A stretch of DNA of 64,000 bases, from the NCBI GenBank assembly GCA_965203295.1, contig CBDBCZ010000014.1, positions 736,001-800,000 of the forward strand, read 5' to 3'. The DNA is from Nitrospirales bacterium. GTDB lineage: Bacteria; Nitrospirota; Nitrospiria; Nitrospirales; UBA8639. The notes under the pieces were generated by a model, which saw nothing but the letters and a program-made list of their open reading frames with translations, searched no databases and was not told where the DNA came from. The translations under genes were made by a program, and so were the position numbers. Positions 47,613 to 61,951 of this stretch are shown here, piece by piece; within the stretch, counting starts at the first letter, position 1, and every line of letters starts with the position of its first letter.

Positions 47613-49399
47613 AATTATATGCTCTGGGTGGGTTAAAACAGGGAGAACAATGCCCTTTGGTGTTCTTAAAACATTGATATGGTACCAATTGCCATCAGAG
47701 GAACTTAGGCATGTACATATGTGTAGCTAGAACTATACCTAATCACCTGGGAAGTACTGCAGTGCAGCGTGGCCTGTTATCTAGTCAGCTTCAGGACAGG
47801 ATCATGTATCTTGTTTCTGTTGTGTAAAGACAGACAGCCATCACCTGTATACGACAAGGCGGTTGTAGAGATGACATCAAAGTACATCCAGTGCATTCTA
47901 GTTGAAAACCTAGCAAATAGTGAACAAAAAGTGACATTCAGAGAAGAAAAAAAACAAATGTTACTTACGTACGTACGTACGTACATCACTTCGCACAGCT
48001 TGAACCCAGCATGCATACATTCTGAACATGGACCAGTGCATGCAGTATCTTGTCCTACGGGGAAAAATGTGGATATTCATGTGACAAGACAGAAATTATC
48101 CATTTACAGTACTGGACATCACCATTGCCATCCTATTCTGTGACCTGCGATAACAGGATTAGGTGAGTGCTGTGAGCAAGGCAGTCATACAGCTATACAT
48201 GAAGGGTGGTTTGTGCTGCTAGCCATTTGTGAGATGACGACATGCACTCATAATAATTTACATGAGTGTCCAGTATATCAAGGCCTGCTGGCTATATATG
48301 GCGATGGATATGGGAGGTATAATGTACGTCCTCAACCTCTGTACATTAATTTCCCATTTACCCAGTTTCTCTACTGTTTTGTGGCTAAAATCAACAATGT
48401 CAATTATTTAGTGAACAGAAAGTGACATTACGCAGAATGGTCAATTTGTGCATTCATAACTCATGCAAGATTAGTCATAATGTAAGAAATAAGGGGGGGG
48501 GGGGGTCCTCACTACATAAAAACTTCATTCCTCCCGCCAAGTGAAGGTGTCACACCACTTAGCTGCTGGCTGCAAAAAGATCAGGTGGCTCTACATACAA
48601 GCCCATTCAGTCCCAATATGCATACAGCCAATATAGCTCAGAGGTGCAGTGTAATATGTAGCAGCATCTCTACCTTGTCCTGGCACATGTGACGTTAGTA
48701 GTGCACACTAGATCCAAATGCATCTCTTACTACATGTGTATCCATGCAACAATGCTACGTATCCTAGAAAGAGCAAATATGACATGAATACCACTTGGGT
48801 ATTCTTAACAGTGTTTCATACAAAGGGAGGGGGGGCGCAGTTGGATCTCCTCTCTCCCATTCCCTTCAGAATTTTAAAATTATGATGTCATATTTACTAA
48901 TGACACTGATTTTGAATTCAAGTGTTGCATAGATAGCTAGCAGCCAAAAGCCACCAGAATATAAAATTTTTGGGGGGCATGCCCCCAGACCCCCTAGAAG
49001 GGTGTGGTTTGCACATACCTAGGTAGGTAGCCTGTTTCACAAGGTGTACACGTAAGTGAAGGTTAGCTTCTAATGAGTGATTATTGCATACATTGACTAT
49101 CCCTAAGCATTAAGTCTCCATCCCACAGCAAAAAGTCTTGTATGAAACTCTGCTTAAGAGCGACAATATGGCCAAGCTTGAAGATACACTGCCAAGTATA
49201 ATGATAAAATTCAGCACAAGTAAAAAATGGTACAGCTAGTGCCCCAGAGCAAAAGAAAGTACTCATGTTGTTGCCATAGTACTTGCGCCATTGACCACAT
49301 GCACCACCATACGCAGTTGTATGATCTCCAGTCAGAGGACAAGAGCAAGAGCAAACAGACGATTCACCATATAACTTATTCTTCCAAGTATCCCAAATT

Positions 49400-49908
49400 A
49401 AAACTCTTAACTAGTTTTAATAAAGCCTTAAAATCATAACTGTCCCAATTTTCCACCCTAACCTGTTAATTCTCTTAATTATTGAGTGCACTATACTTTT
49501 CAAAACTGCCCCACAACTGTCTAATATTTCCATGAAAGTATTTCTTATTGCAGCATACACAGGACACTCCCAGAGCACATGTACTACACTCTCAAATTCA
49601 TCCCCACATAACTTACACACTGCCTGTCATTTTTACCCCCATGTCTCCCTAACTCTTCATTCAGACCTAAACTTAAACAGCAATCGTGTTCCTGGATCCA
49701 CTGAGAGTAATTCTTGAATTTTATTTCCTTACAAAAAGACTCGGACAGACTCAGTTTATTTAAGCCAACTCTAAAGTCTTTATATTCGCTCTCTATATCT
49801 CAACTCTTCATCTACTCTCTCTAAGAACAAATTTACACTGTTATTATTTCCTGTCTGTCTTGATTTCAACGTAGCAACAATTCACTGATTAGTTTCCTCC
49901 AAGTCTTC
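49400..49908 (-). mobile_element. LINE 3' fragment (family of 1250-3120)
   Basis: Matches 1255-1605; CKLCGDEFESVVHVLWECP zinc-knuckle-like motif. Confidence 0.75.
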
Positions 49909-51960
49909 CATCTGTCAGAGCAATTTCTTGCCAAACGCTGGACTTCAATTGCCAAGAAAGATTTTGGCCAACGTCTTGCCAAAGGAATCCATTGACCATG
50001 AGTCTGCCAATGGAAAGTCATTTCATTGCCGAAGAAACAAACTAGGTTTTTATTGCCAAAGAAAGACCTACAATGTACAGTATTTTGGCAGTAGATTTAC
50101 ACTGCAGTTTGCCAATGAAACTGTTTCAATTGTCCCTTTCATTGCCAAAGAAACAGCTCTCAATTGGCCAGTATCTTAACAAACAGAATGAGTATGCCAA
50201 TAACGTTTGCTGCCCATTTTAGAAAGGTCTGTTTCTTGGCAGCGATTTTCACTGGCACCTTTTAGAAAAACCCTTCCAGATTGGGATTTTATTATGGGCT
50301 ATACAAATCAACGCGGTATCAATGTCTTTACTCAGTACTAGCCCACAGAAGGTGGGGAAAGGAGGGAAATAGATTGTGGCAAGCTCCACACTAAAGCAAA
50401 TCATTTACATGTAGATACTTATTTGAACTAACCATTTACTTCTCTGGTGATGGTCAAGAGATTGTTATATTAATGGTTTTGCGGGTAGTGCCACATACGT
50501 AAAAGTAGCAGCTCTTCAATTAATTAATATTGTTCTTGCACTATGAACATATAAGCATCCATGTCAAATGCCGAAGTCACAAGTGAATGCACACACCTAC
50601 ATAGCTATAGGATGCACTCTTAATAGCCTGTCTGCTTGTGTATCTGTACTTTTCTTGTGCATTAAGTACATCATTGCATAGCGAGTACAATAGAAGCTAC
50701 TGAAAGTTTGTAGGGCAATTAGCTACATCAGCTTAATTTCCTAGATAGTGAAGAAGATTTAGAAGCCCACCATGAGTTAGCAGTTTCACTAAATTTAGTT
50801 GAGACAGCCTAACAAAACACTTTCGTTTACGGCTACATACATTTGCAAGTTGACTGTCCATAGGAGAAGGCAAATACGTTTGCAAGTTGGTTGTCCACAG
50901 GAGAAGGTAAATAGGCAGTGGCTCTCAAATATTTAACTAGGTTAGGCTGTCGGAATCAAAGGCTAACAGTTACTGTGTACACATACACTGGGAACAGTTC
51001 ACCTGCCATAGGAAAGTGATGAGCAGGAGGTAGTTCGTGACCCACCGAGGGATTAGGGGTTTGGGCCTGCATGAGGAAAAAAGCACGGAAGATTTACATC
51101 TGATTCACAGAGTGCCTCTATCACTGTACCTACACATGCAGTGTGTGTGGTATGTGTGTGTGTGTGTGTGTGTGTGCATGCTTTGTACATTCCTCCACAC
51201 CACTGCCAATTGGTGTGCTGATATGACAAGCAATCACAGATTTGTATAGTAAATCTAGATATCTGCAGCTGGTTGGTATTTTCTTTCTACTTTTCTAGTA
51301 GTCGCATTCCCAGACAGACCTAAAATCTTGTTTTAGGAAGGGCGAAGGTACATACATGAGCATGTATGTACGTACGTATAATATGCAAACTTAACAAGTA
51401 CGTGCACACCTACATTGTTAAGTATATGTGTAAAGTAGGCATCTAATCTGAAATGATACTTACAAAGGCTTCAAAGCTGTTTCTCAGTAGGGTTCCTGAA
51501 CTAAACATGGGCTTAACTCCCTTCAAGAATAGTATGGGGAAGGCAAGAGTAACAATTCCCCACCCTCAAGAGAGTTATAAGAAGGTGTAACTTCCATATA
51601 GGCCTGTGGTGTACATAAGCATGCAGCGAGCTCAGTCAGGCTCACCCTGATGTTGTGTTAGCCTCGAATCCTGGGTTTGAGGCTGCATGATGTCGTATGG
51701 CAGTCATCTTGAATGTGTATTACATGTAGCTATGTATTTGCTAAAAGAGAGTCTTTTTATTGTCTTACAATCTTCCAATTATGTGGTTAAGCCTAACAAG
51801 AATGATGTCTACTTATGTATGTGTAGGGTTTCCTGGTCTCCCAACATTAGAGGGTTTGGTGGAGCAATTTTTTCTGGCAGTACTATGCCATACATATGTG
51901 TGATGCTAAATTCCCCACCCTGAGTATCTGAGTGACAGAACTTTGCGGACTTAGTAGTAT
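49908..51960 (+). repeat. Segmental direct duplication, copy 1 (~2 kb)
   Basis: Near-identical to 61952-64000. Confidence 0.9.
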
Positions 51961-52613
51961 AGTTTATAGGTAGCTGTGTTAAACATTGATATGTCCTTAG
52001 TTTGTGTATGGTTTCAGGGATATTGGTGTGGTTTTGTTAGAGAGTTGAATTAAGATTTGAAGAGATATAGCACGTTTTGAAGTAAGTTTTTGTTGAAGTC
52101 AAGTAAACGAGCAAGCGCTAGATATGTGGCCGTCCCACATAGAAGTCAAATATTATTCCATCACATATTTTCATCACATCAGTGCATTCAAAGTGCTGTA
52201 TCTCTGAACTTACATAAAGGGTGGGGTTCATACATGATGCACAGCTGCGTTTACGTATGAATTTGAGCCCCATCCTTAACAGAATACAGCACTCCGAATG
52301 CAGTGATGCCTAGCAGTAGTATTTGTGGTTTGTGTGGGAATGAACCTATGTAGGTATGCTGACTGGGCTCCTTGATTATTACAAGTATATATATGTACAC
52401 ATCAAGGGAGTCCACTGCAAACACAGCTGTATGTAATGTCATACATGTACATGAAAGCTTATCTTCTCACAGAAGTTTGCAATGTAATATAATATCACAA
52501 GATTGTTGACTGGTGTTCACTTCATCTTGACATCACTGCTGAGTAACTACACCTAGTACATGTATGTATGGTTACACGTACGTCTGACTTGGGATGTAGG
52601 GAATACAGCATAA

Positions 52614-54451
52614 TAGGCTAAATCACAGCCTTGGGAAAAAAAAATCATTCCTCTTCACCCTCCCAACACAGCACTTACAGTAGCCTAAAGCAGCTGCACC
52701 ATGCTATGGTGATAAACAATGACACAATTATCTATGAATGATGTAGCAATAAAAACTGTACCTTTTATGCTCGTTCTGTAAGGCCTATGGGAGGGGATGG
52801 CTGTATCATGTAGGCTAGACTAGGAATAACCATAATAGGGAGTACAATGCATATAGCTTCTGTTACTGACCTATATAGCAGCAGGTGTAATGTATGTACC
52901 TTTGTACATGAACACCCAACCAATTTATGCAATTTCAATCTAGACAGATAGGTAAATCTTTGCTATTCTCCAGTCATAATCTTCCAGTTTCCTGCTATTA
53001 TTCTTCTCAAGTTATAGACTGTAACATACGTGAGCATTCTATACAATCCAGCAAAGACAAGTACACATTGATATGTCAACACAAATACACCGGCCACTCG
53101 ATCAGATGCGACTGATACCATCACAGAGCGCTAGCTAGCCACTCAACCAAAACATTGAGCGTCCAGTCCTCGTCATAGCTGGCCAAAGGTTGGGGCTGGC
53201 CCATTCATCCGGGCAAGTGCCACCAATAAACACTAGAGCTTGCTATTATTCTTCTTTATTCTAACTTCTTGTTATTATTCTCAAAATTATTCTGCATTAT
53301 TATCTTAAGCCTAAAATTTGAGCTCAACTGCCCACTGTCCTGTAAATACATCATTGTGAAAGCTTACAGAAATGTACAGGAAATCTGACCAGGGTTGCAG
53401 AAACTAATGCAAAATTTATATGTAGCCACGCAATTACCTCTTTCTTGTAGTAGAGTCTGTATCCTGTTGGAGATGTTCTTTAATAATAGAAGAGGCTTTC
53501 TCCAGAGTAAGCAAGAGGTCCTGGAGTGATGTACTGGGAAGCTCTGTGGCATTTGTTCTCACAGACATACTGGAGTAATCGTTGCTGGAGCTGTCAAGTT
53601 CAGACTCCACTCTATTGATAGAGGGGCTGTGGTATGGTAACAGTGGGGCTCTTTCGTCATCCATTCTATGAAAAAAAAAGTGTTGAACGTAAAATACGCA
53701 GTACTTGATTGCTACATCGTATTTACCTATACTGTACAAACATATGCACCATGCATGTGATCATCACTGGCCACCAATTTTCTTTATGATTATACAGGCA
53801 ATATTATAGTAACCCGCTAAATTATGCACCACACAATATACAGAAGGAACACATATGCAAGAAGCCCTTCAGCCAGCTATGACGAGGACTGGACGCTCAA
53901 TGTTTTTATTGGGTGGCTAGCTAGCGCTCTGGGATAGTAATGATCGCATCTGATCGAGTGGCTGGTGTATTTGTGTTGACATGTCAATGTGTACCTGCCT
54001 TTGCTGGATTATAATAGAATGCTCACGTATGTTACAGACTATAACTTGAGAAGGATAATAGCACAAAACTGGGAGATTAGGATTGGAGAATAGCAAAGTT
54101 TTGTAACATGGAGCCTATCTGTCTAGATTGAAATTGCATAAATTGGTTGCCATTGCTGAGGGGGGTGTTCATGTAAAAAGTACACCTCAGTATACACAGA
54201 AGCCATGCATTGTACTCCCTATTATGGTCATTTCTAGTCTAGCCTATAAGATACAGCCATCTCCTCCCATAGCCCTTACAGAAGGAGCATAAAAGATACA
54301 GTTTTTACTCGTTATTGCTACATCATTCATAGATAGTGGTGTCATTGTTCATCTCCATATGGGGCAGCTGCTTTAGGCTACTATGTGTTTCGTTGGGAGG
54401 ATGAAGAGGAAGCTTCGTCATGACATTTTTCCAAGGCTGTGATTTAGCCTA
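52614..54451. repeat. ~570-bp inverted repeat arms (52614-53183 / 53872-54451) around a ~690-bp spacer
   Basis: taggctaaatcacagccttgg versus ccaaggctgtgatttagccta; gcgtccagtcctcgtcatagctggc versus gccagctatgacgaggactggacgc. Confidence 0.9.
53438..53664 (-). CDS. Probable first coding exon of an endolysosomal membrane protein (N-terminal dileucine motif)
   Basis: ttttttttcatag|A ATG ... AAG AG|gtaatt. MDDERAPLL fits [DE]xxxL[LI]. Possible 5' UTR exon ending at ~55501 (AAAG|gtaagt). Confidence 0.5.
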
Positions 54452-56032
54452 GTGTGACTTTCAGTCTGTCAACTTGAAATGGGAAATTACACCTGAAATG
54501 AAACCACCGTAGTAGCTAGCACCTTGTATGTTCATGTAGTAACATACATGCAGTAACTCCAAACATGCTATACCTGGTAGATAGCAACAATGGAGATCTT
54601 TTCACCCCTTATTGGTATAGTGCTGTGAGGCATTGCAGAGCAGAAAGGCCATGACCTACATCTATTCACATAGCTTTACCAGATGAAATGTATAGAGTTT
54701 ATGTGGTTTTTGTAGAAGTAGAATTATGAAAACCATGAACGGCACAGATTAAGCAATGCAAACTGGAGTATCAAGCACCAGAGCCTCTCTCCTGGGCAGC
54801 CTTGGAAAAGTGTTGTACGTAGACGGAGATGTACACATGGATGCCAGTTGTAACTGTTCAAGCTGGTTCAGCTGTTATTTGCACGACTTGCTGAGTACAA
54901 AAATAGTTGGCCCAGTAGACTAACCTATCCGCACAATGAAACCCTGGGTGTGATGAGAAGTGAGGCGAATTGCCACTGCCCAATCAATCAATCCAGTCCC
55001 AGTGGCTGAGTACTAAAAAAAGAATTCCACTACTGAATGCCTCAGCCGCTCCATATATTCCTAAACAGTAAACCTTAGTCGTACGCGTACATTCCTATTA
55101 AGCCACGCAAGGCATAGTGCACTTGCGTATACTGTGCTCAATGTACATGTTAGGTAGCCTTGTTCCCAGGCCTCCACACAGGTTTTTGTCACTTGTAGTA
55201 CGAAGAGCATGGAAACGTTACTCCTCCTACCTCCAACCCTAAAACAGCTATTAATGCAAAATGTGCCCAACTTACTCTGTCCAAATTATGCTATTCAGTA
55301 TACTATAATCAACTAGTCACAATGAAAAACAGTTCAGCTAGCTGGTCAATGGCAGAGGAATAAAAGGGCAAACATTAAATAACAGCAGAGACACTAATTA
55401 TATGGGGGGATGAGAAGGGTCTTGCAGGTTTACTATGCAGTTAACTTGGGTCTTAAGTGTTCATCATAGTCAGCGATACTGATACTACACCAATTACTTA
55501 CTTTACTGAAACAGACAGTGTCGCAGATGTCACAGCACTCTTCCGGCGCCGGCAGACGTACCTACAGCTAGCTTGGCCACTGGTCTGAAGGTCAAGACCT
55601 TTATGCGATGAGCCCCGCCCTCTTACAACTGGTGTGACGTTTACAATATATCGTATAATTATAGTATGTTTATATTTTTGTCATTAAAAACAACTTAGCC
55701 ATTGCTGTAGCTTACAGCGATTCAAAATCACATCCTTGGAAAAGCACTCTCACAGATATTACACTGATACATATTTTGCAATCAAAGATACAGTACAGTA
55801 ATTTCACTACACATAACATGGATGTGATATAATTATGCACGCATGTAAATACTGACTTCACATCAAAAAGTTCTGCAAGGTCCTCTCACGCTGACTTCTC
55901 TTGCTCGATTGCTGCACATAAAGATAACAGTTACGTATACACAGACCGTATATTCGTATGTCTACGCACGACAAGTAGATGTACATGTAGCTACATGTAC
56001 TAGGGCTTCGCGGTCCTGTCCGCATGATATCA

Positions 56033-56218
<186 letters not shown>

Positions 56219-56379
56219 TCAACCTGCACAAGAGACAAGTCAGATCGGGTGAATAAAAACTTAGAAGCCACCGGAGTATCACTGAAACGGGGTATGCCTA
56301 CACAGTGCTCGTAAACAATCCTGCACACTCACTTCAATAACCGCCTACGAAACGTAACTAGCACTCTCTTCTCAGCACA

Positions 56380-56495
56380 CCTCCTTTATATTACGTGCGG
56401 GCCGGAAATTGTATTTAGCAATGCGCATGCGTACTACGTTCGCTCTCCTTACCGTGGAAGTTAGTGAGTGGTCAAATTTGTGGCGCCATTTTAAC
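56380..56495. promoter_or_regulatory. Probable housekeeping-type (possibly bidirectional) promoter
   Basis: ETS-like gccggaaat, NRF1-like gcgcatgcg and YY1-like cgccatttt cluster just upstream of the ATG at 56512. Confidence 0.45.
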
Positions 56496-56511
56496 CAAGA
56501 AGCATTTGAAA

Positions 56512-56565
56512 ATGTCGGAGCAACCTAGCCTGAAGAGGGACAGTACAATGGCTGTGACTGCACAG
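56512..56565 (+). CDS. Putative first coding exon, unknown protein (MSEQPSLKRDSTMAVTAQ)
   Basis: aaaATG context, 18 codons, CAG|gtaaaa donor. Downstream exons not identified. Confidence 0.4.
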
Positions 56566-58639
56566 GTAAAAGGAGTGACTGGTGGGTTTGTGAGTAAGTA
56601 GTTTGCAGCTGTATACTCACCTCCTCTGACCTGAATGGCTAGACTGAAGTACCCCGAGGCTGTTATGACGTTTGCTATTAATTATTTGTACGTTTGCAAT
56701 GGTAATTTGCGTAAACAATTATGCAGGAAGGCGTAGTTGTTTTTCTTACATATACACTGATGTCATCATTCACTATATCCTTGTTGCCAAATTTTTAAAA
56801 GGGCCAACTAAAGAATTTGATCAGGGTTAGTATTAGGGTCAGGATCAGGCCATATAAAGTCTTCAGTTGATCTGAATGTGATCGCTGTAATTTACCCTAA
56901 TTTTGACCATAACCCAATTCTAAATCCCTGTGCGACTGCATTCTTCAGTTGACCTGCTATATCAATACATAACTGTTACTAGTGTCTATCTCTGTGTGTG
57001 TAACCGATGTGATGACATGTGCACAATTGGGTGAGAATACACAAGAAGACCATGACATCATATGAGTACTGTATTGGATCTAATAATCGGGCTCAAATGA
57101 GCATTTCGAGCGCACTTTAACACGAAGGTGAGCGGCTATACAGTCTGTACTAAAGTAAAAACCATGCTGAGCTATAACCGCAACGTACACTAGGACTAAC
57201 CTTGGTGATGTGTATTAAATGGAGTCAGTGCTGTTCACCTACATGTATACGCAAGGCTATGGCTGTGAAGAGCTATAGGCTGAAGTCCTAGCGTGCCTAC
57301 ATAGATTTGCAGTTTGTAGTCTGCTATAGGTCACTGCCTCCACGTGGCTCAGACCGGGATCTGTCAGCATGCAGCACTACTGCCACTGGTAGATGCTAAG
57401 TAATCACATGCGAGCGAGTTCAACAAGTGCAACTACTTGTAACCATTATTCATCTACTGGGAAATATCTATTCAGAACAGTCATATCTCTAAAAGTGATA
57501 ATCATGGTATAGTTTTATGAAGAGGTCTGATAGCCTGATTGAGTGAAGTCTAATGTCCAGTCATGCACTTTTCAAGTTAATTAAAGCAGCAGTAGTTCTC
57601 AGTCTCGTTCTAGGAGGTGGGTGATTGCTTTACCCATTCTGGTTCCATAACTGTTTCAGTGTATAGTTCTGTGCCTCAGCTAATGTTGTAATTATTGTCT
57701 TTTAAAAACAGTAATTTTTGCCAAATCAATGTTTGTCCCATTGGAATTCCTATGGGATCGTGGGATACCAGGAAGGACCAGGGGAATGCGGCTACTAGAG
57801 CTCAGTGGGGCATGCCAGAAGTATCCTGTTCCCTTGGGACCAGGGGATGGGAAGTCTGCGGTGGGACATGTATATGAGATTCCCATGGACACTGTATTTA
57901 GATGGAGATGTGGGACTGTCCTAAGTGGAATAGGGCTATTAATTCCGAGCGAAGCGAGGGTTTTATTGACCTTTTTCGTCGTCGTCATGGTCCATGTCCC
58001 TCCCAGCAACTTCTCCAGACATATAGCCTACCAAACTCGCAGCAAACACTTACCTTCGTTACAGAACTCTGTACGAGAGACTTGGAAGCGCTCACTATTA
58101 CACCTAGCCTGCTTCAGCCTGTGGTCTTTCAGGCGCATTATTAAACGTAGCCATTTTTTATTTTGGGTTGTAGGTGTGCCCTGTTACGTTTGACCTTTTT
58201 CTGCTTGGTAGGCGTGCCACAAAATATATGTGTCACACCCAGCAATTCTCGCGAAAGCGAGGACATCCCTGCACATTGTGTATCACTAGTTGCTTTTCAA
58301 ACCTGGGCATGAGTGCTCACTTGGTGTGGCTACTCAAATGCTTTGCCTTACCAGTTTCTGATTGCTAGGTGCATGAAATATGTGCTTTTCTGGCTATATA
58401 GTGTGTATGTCCAAATGGAAAATTACATGGTGTGTCCATCCTGTTAAGTTGTTGGCTTCATATTCATTTGTACATGTAAAGTAACTATACATGGGCTGCT
58501 GGCTATTTTTTTTTGCTTCAAACAGAATAGTGTAGCTGCAAAATGTTTCACTTGTGGCCTGGTTACGTACTGTATTCCGTATAGGCGACATTACGATTGT
58601 AGTTGTTGGGCAATGAAAGTGGACATGAATATACAGATA

Positions 58640-59157
58640 CCGTATTTCCGCGATCAGACGCCGCCCTCGATTAGTAGCCGCCCTCGAATTATAGCCGCAC
58701 CTCCGGAAATGCTGAATGAAATAGTGGCCGCCCTCGATTAGTAGCCGCGGCTAAAATTCAAGTACCGTGGTAGGAATAAGCAAGAAGATGTAGCAACTAC
58801 AGTAAAAGTAGAGTAATACTTGACTTTGCTAGCTAACAGTTGTCGGACCTCACCTCTGTCTCTTCGAGGTTGCGAAGGGATCAAAGCCCGACGGAGGCTG
58901 CCCGCGAATCTATATTTGTGATATCTCTCCCCTCAAAAAACAGCTGGCATTGTAGCATGACGGCTTTTTGATAGTGTTGAGGCACGAACGGCGATTTTCA
59001 AACGGATTTAAACTGCTGTTATGCGTCGCTGTGTAACCAGTAAACCGCTCAATCTAATAAACGCCGCCCTCGATTAGTGGCCGCCCTCGAATAGTGACCG
59101 CAGAAAATCGCGCGATGAAATAAATAGTAGCCGCGGCGTCTGATCGCGGAAATACGG
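58640..59157. mobile_element. pogo/Tigger-type MITE with TA TSD
   Basis: ta-ccgtatttccgcgatcagacgccgc...gcggcgtctgatcgcggaaatacgg-ta, with internal gccgccctcga repeats. Confidence 0.85.
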
Positions 59158-59759
59158 TATACCTCATTCCTGGATAGTCCTCCACCCTACTAGACTTTTT
59201 GCTTATGTTGTGAGAGTAGCCTACTGGGCAGTTTCTCAACAGTGAGCCTGAAGTCTGTCTCTAGTTGTTTGAACAACAGTTCTTAAATTATTGCATTCCA
59301 TTCATTGCTGTAGGTTACCAAGTAGGAAAATTTGTGGTTGAAAACCAAATTGGGCCTCTATGCATGGGCACACTATCAACTGTTGTCCCTCCTTTCACTA
59401 TAGTGCAAAGCAGGCAAATAATCTACAGCTGTTTGACACCTTTTAAAGCCCTCTTATAATTCTAGGCACATACTCCTACTGTACAGCTAGGATATAAACA
59501 GTGGATCAAGGATTGTGTGGCTGTTTAGGGCCTCCTTAATGCTCCTTGGATTTTCTAGCTTTGTCAACACCTGGTGTTCCCACTTCATGGTGTGCTGGTT
59601 ATCCCATGCATTATCCAGTTCACTTCTAACCTCTTGTAACACCTGGTCAAGTTGCATCAGAAGTTGATGGCTATGAAAGAAGTTTACTTTGTGCTAGCTT
59701 CAAATTTGGCCTGTGGATGGCTAGAGCATCTCATCAACAAACTTTCTTGCTTGGTGTCT

Positions 59760-61215
59760 CTTTGGCTCAAAGTCTTTGCCAGAGACCAACAAAATTAACA
59801 ATTTTCAATAAAATCCTTCTTTCCTAATCTTCAGACTAACATCAACCAAACTAAACAGGCCTTTGAATAACCAACTCCTTTCTTGAACATCGATACTTCC
59901 TAAGCATGTATTGTATCTGACTAACATCATTCAAACTAAACAAGCATTTGAACAACCAGTTCTTTTTCTAAACAGTTGGGAAAAGTCAGATCAATGGTAG
60001 CTAGTTACTATGGCTTAAAGTCTTTGCTAGAGACCAACAAAACTAACAATTTTCAATGAAATCCTTCTTTCCTAATCTTCAGACTAACATCAACCAAACT
60101 AAACAAGCATTTGAATAACCAGTTCCTTTCTTGAACATGGATACTTCCTAAGCATGTATTGTATCCGACTAACATCATTCAAACTAAACAAGCTATTAAA
60201 TCTTAAACCAATTTCTTTCCTAGACAGTTGGGAAGGGTCAGATCAATGGAAGCTAGTTGTTTTGACTGAAAGTTTCCTGAGACCAATAAAGCTAAAATTG
60301 TACCAATTATTAGTGAAAACCCTTACTTTCTAAGCATGTACGTATTGTATCTGACAAACATCATTTAAACTAAACAAATGATTGAATCTTAAACCAGTTC
60401 CTTTCCAAGACAGTTGGGAGAGGTCAGATCAATGGTAGCTAGTTGCTTTGACTTAAAGTCTTTGCCAGAGACCAACAAAACTAACAATTTTTAATAAAAT
60501 CCCTCTTTTCTAATCTTCAGACTAACATCAACCAAACTAAACAAGCCTTTGAATAAGCAGTTCCTTTCTTGAACATCGATACTTCCTAAGCATGTATTGT
60601 ATTTGACTAACATCATTCACACTAAACAAGCCTTTGAATAACCAGTTCTTATCCTAAACAGTTGGGAAAGGTCAGATCAATGGTAGCTAGTTACTTTGGC
60701 CGAAAGTCTTTGCCTGAGACCAAAAAAAAACGAATTCTTCCTAAGCATGTATTGTATATGACTAACATCAGCCAAACTAAACAAGCTATTGAATCCTAAA
60801 CCAGTCCTTTTACTAGACAGTCTAAAATCTTTGTTTGAAATCCAAAAAACTCAAATTCTACCAATTTGCAGTGAAATTTTTTTCATCTATTGCATCTGAC
60901 TAACATCAATCAAGCTACTGAAACTTAAACCAGTTCAGATCAATGATAGCTAGGCTAAAAGTCTTTGCCTGAAACCAAGAATCCTGAAATTGTACTAATC
61001 ATTAGGGAAAATCGATGCCAGTATTGTAACTAACTACCATCATGTCATTGAATCGTAAACCAGTTCCTTTCCTAGACAGTTAAGAAGGGTCAGATGAATG
61101 GTACGTAGCTAGTTACTGTAGCAGAAAGTCTTTGCCTGAGAAAAAAAAGCTGAAATTGTGCTAATTTTCAGTGACAACCCTTACTTCCTAAGCATGTATT
61201 ATATCTGACTAACAC
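59760..61215. repeat. Compound tandem repeat (~200-250-bp units built from gactaacatca..aaactaaacaagc subunits)
   Basis: Repeated aagtctttgccagagaccaacaaaa / cttcctaagcatgtattgtatc / gtcagatcaatggtagctagtt. Confidence 0.85.
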
Positions 61216-61951
61216 CTGTGGTAAGCATATGTTGAACGGACTGTGAAATAGATTCATTCGAGGCTATTGGTGTTGAGTCAAAGGAATATTATTTCAAGGA
61301 CACTGTGGTCCGTACATATATAACCTAGCTACAAAGCTTTTGTTCGTACAAAGCTACGTAGGGAAGTTCCACTGTTTTAACACTGAGGTTCATAATTAGT
61401 TTGTTCTGGAAGTGGTTTGATAAGACTCCATTCCACAGGCATTAAATATATGGATAATCATAACATCGTCCAATTTCTTAATGTGCCAACAACCCACCAG
61501 CCAAATATGTATGTACCTCCATATGTTGTATAAGAAAAAAACAATCGATCTCTACTTGAGCCCTTTTACAGTGTTGGCAGACTCCCACACTTTCATATAG
61601 TCTAGCTTGTGCGGCAACTTGGTGAATGATAACAAGTTTGAGAATAGTGATTATTAGCTACACACTTACGTATCTGAGCAGCATTCCAAGAAAATAATTA
61701 AGCTACTCACTCACATGAAACAAAAAAGACCAATACAAGATGAACGGACTGAAAGACAGTCATTACTACATTGCTCTGCTCTTCTCCCTCCCCACCCACC
61801 CAGAGTATATGTATAATGAATTTTTCTGCAACCACTTCAGTTTTCTATAAGTCCGTTGTAATTCATATGAAAGGTTACAGCTAGCTTCTAGGTCTTTGAA
61901 GTCCTTACGGCAAGGTTGAGGTCCGCCGATGGAAACAAGGATATAGCTTTA

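Noticed and set aside
47403..47730. QEWAYT / SGLILR repeat ORFs
   Set aside because: Translation of a ~20-bp minisatellite; the unit is not a multiple of 3 throughout.
51460..51605. AG/GT-bounded exon-like segment on the minus strand in the duplicated block
   Set aside because: All three frames contain stops, and no homology was recognised.
53438..53664. Assignment of the DERAPLL exon to a two-pore channel or other named gene
   Set aside because: Only a dileucine motif and a weak helical resemblance; downstream exons could not be identified.
59760..61215. Repeat array superficially like CRISPR
   Set aside because: The spacers are themselves repeated, the units are degenerate, there are no cas genes and the context is eukaryotic. 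It is a satellite.
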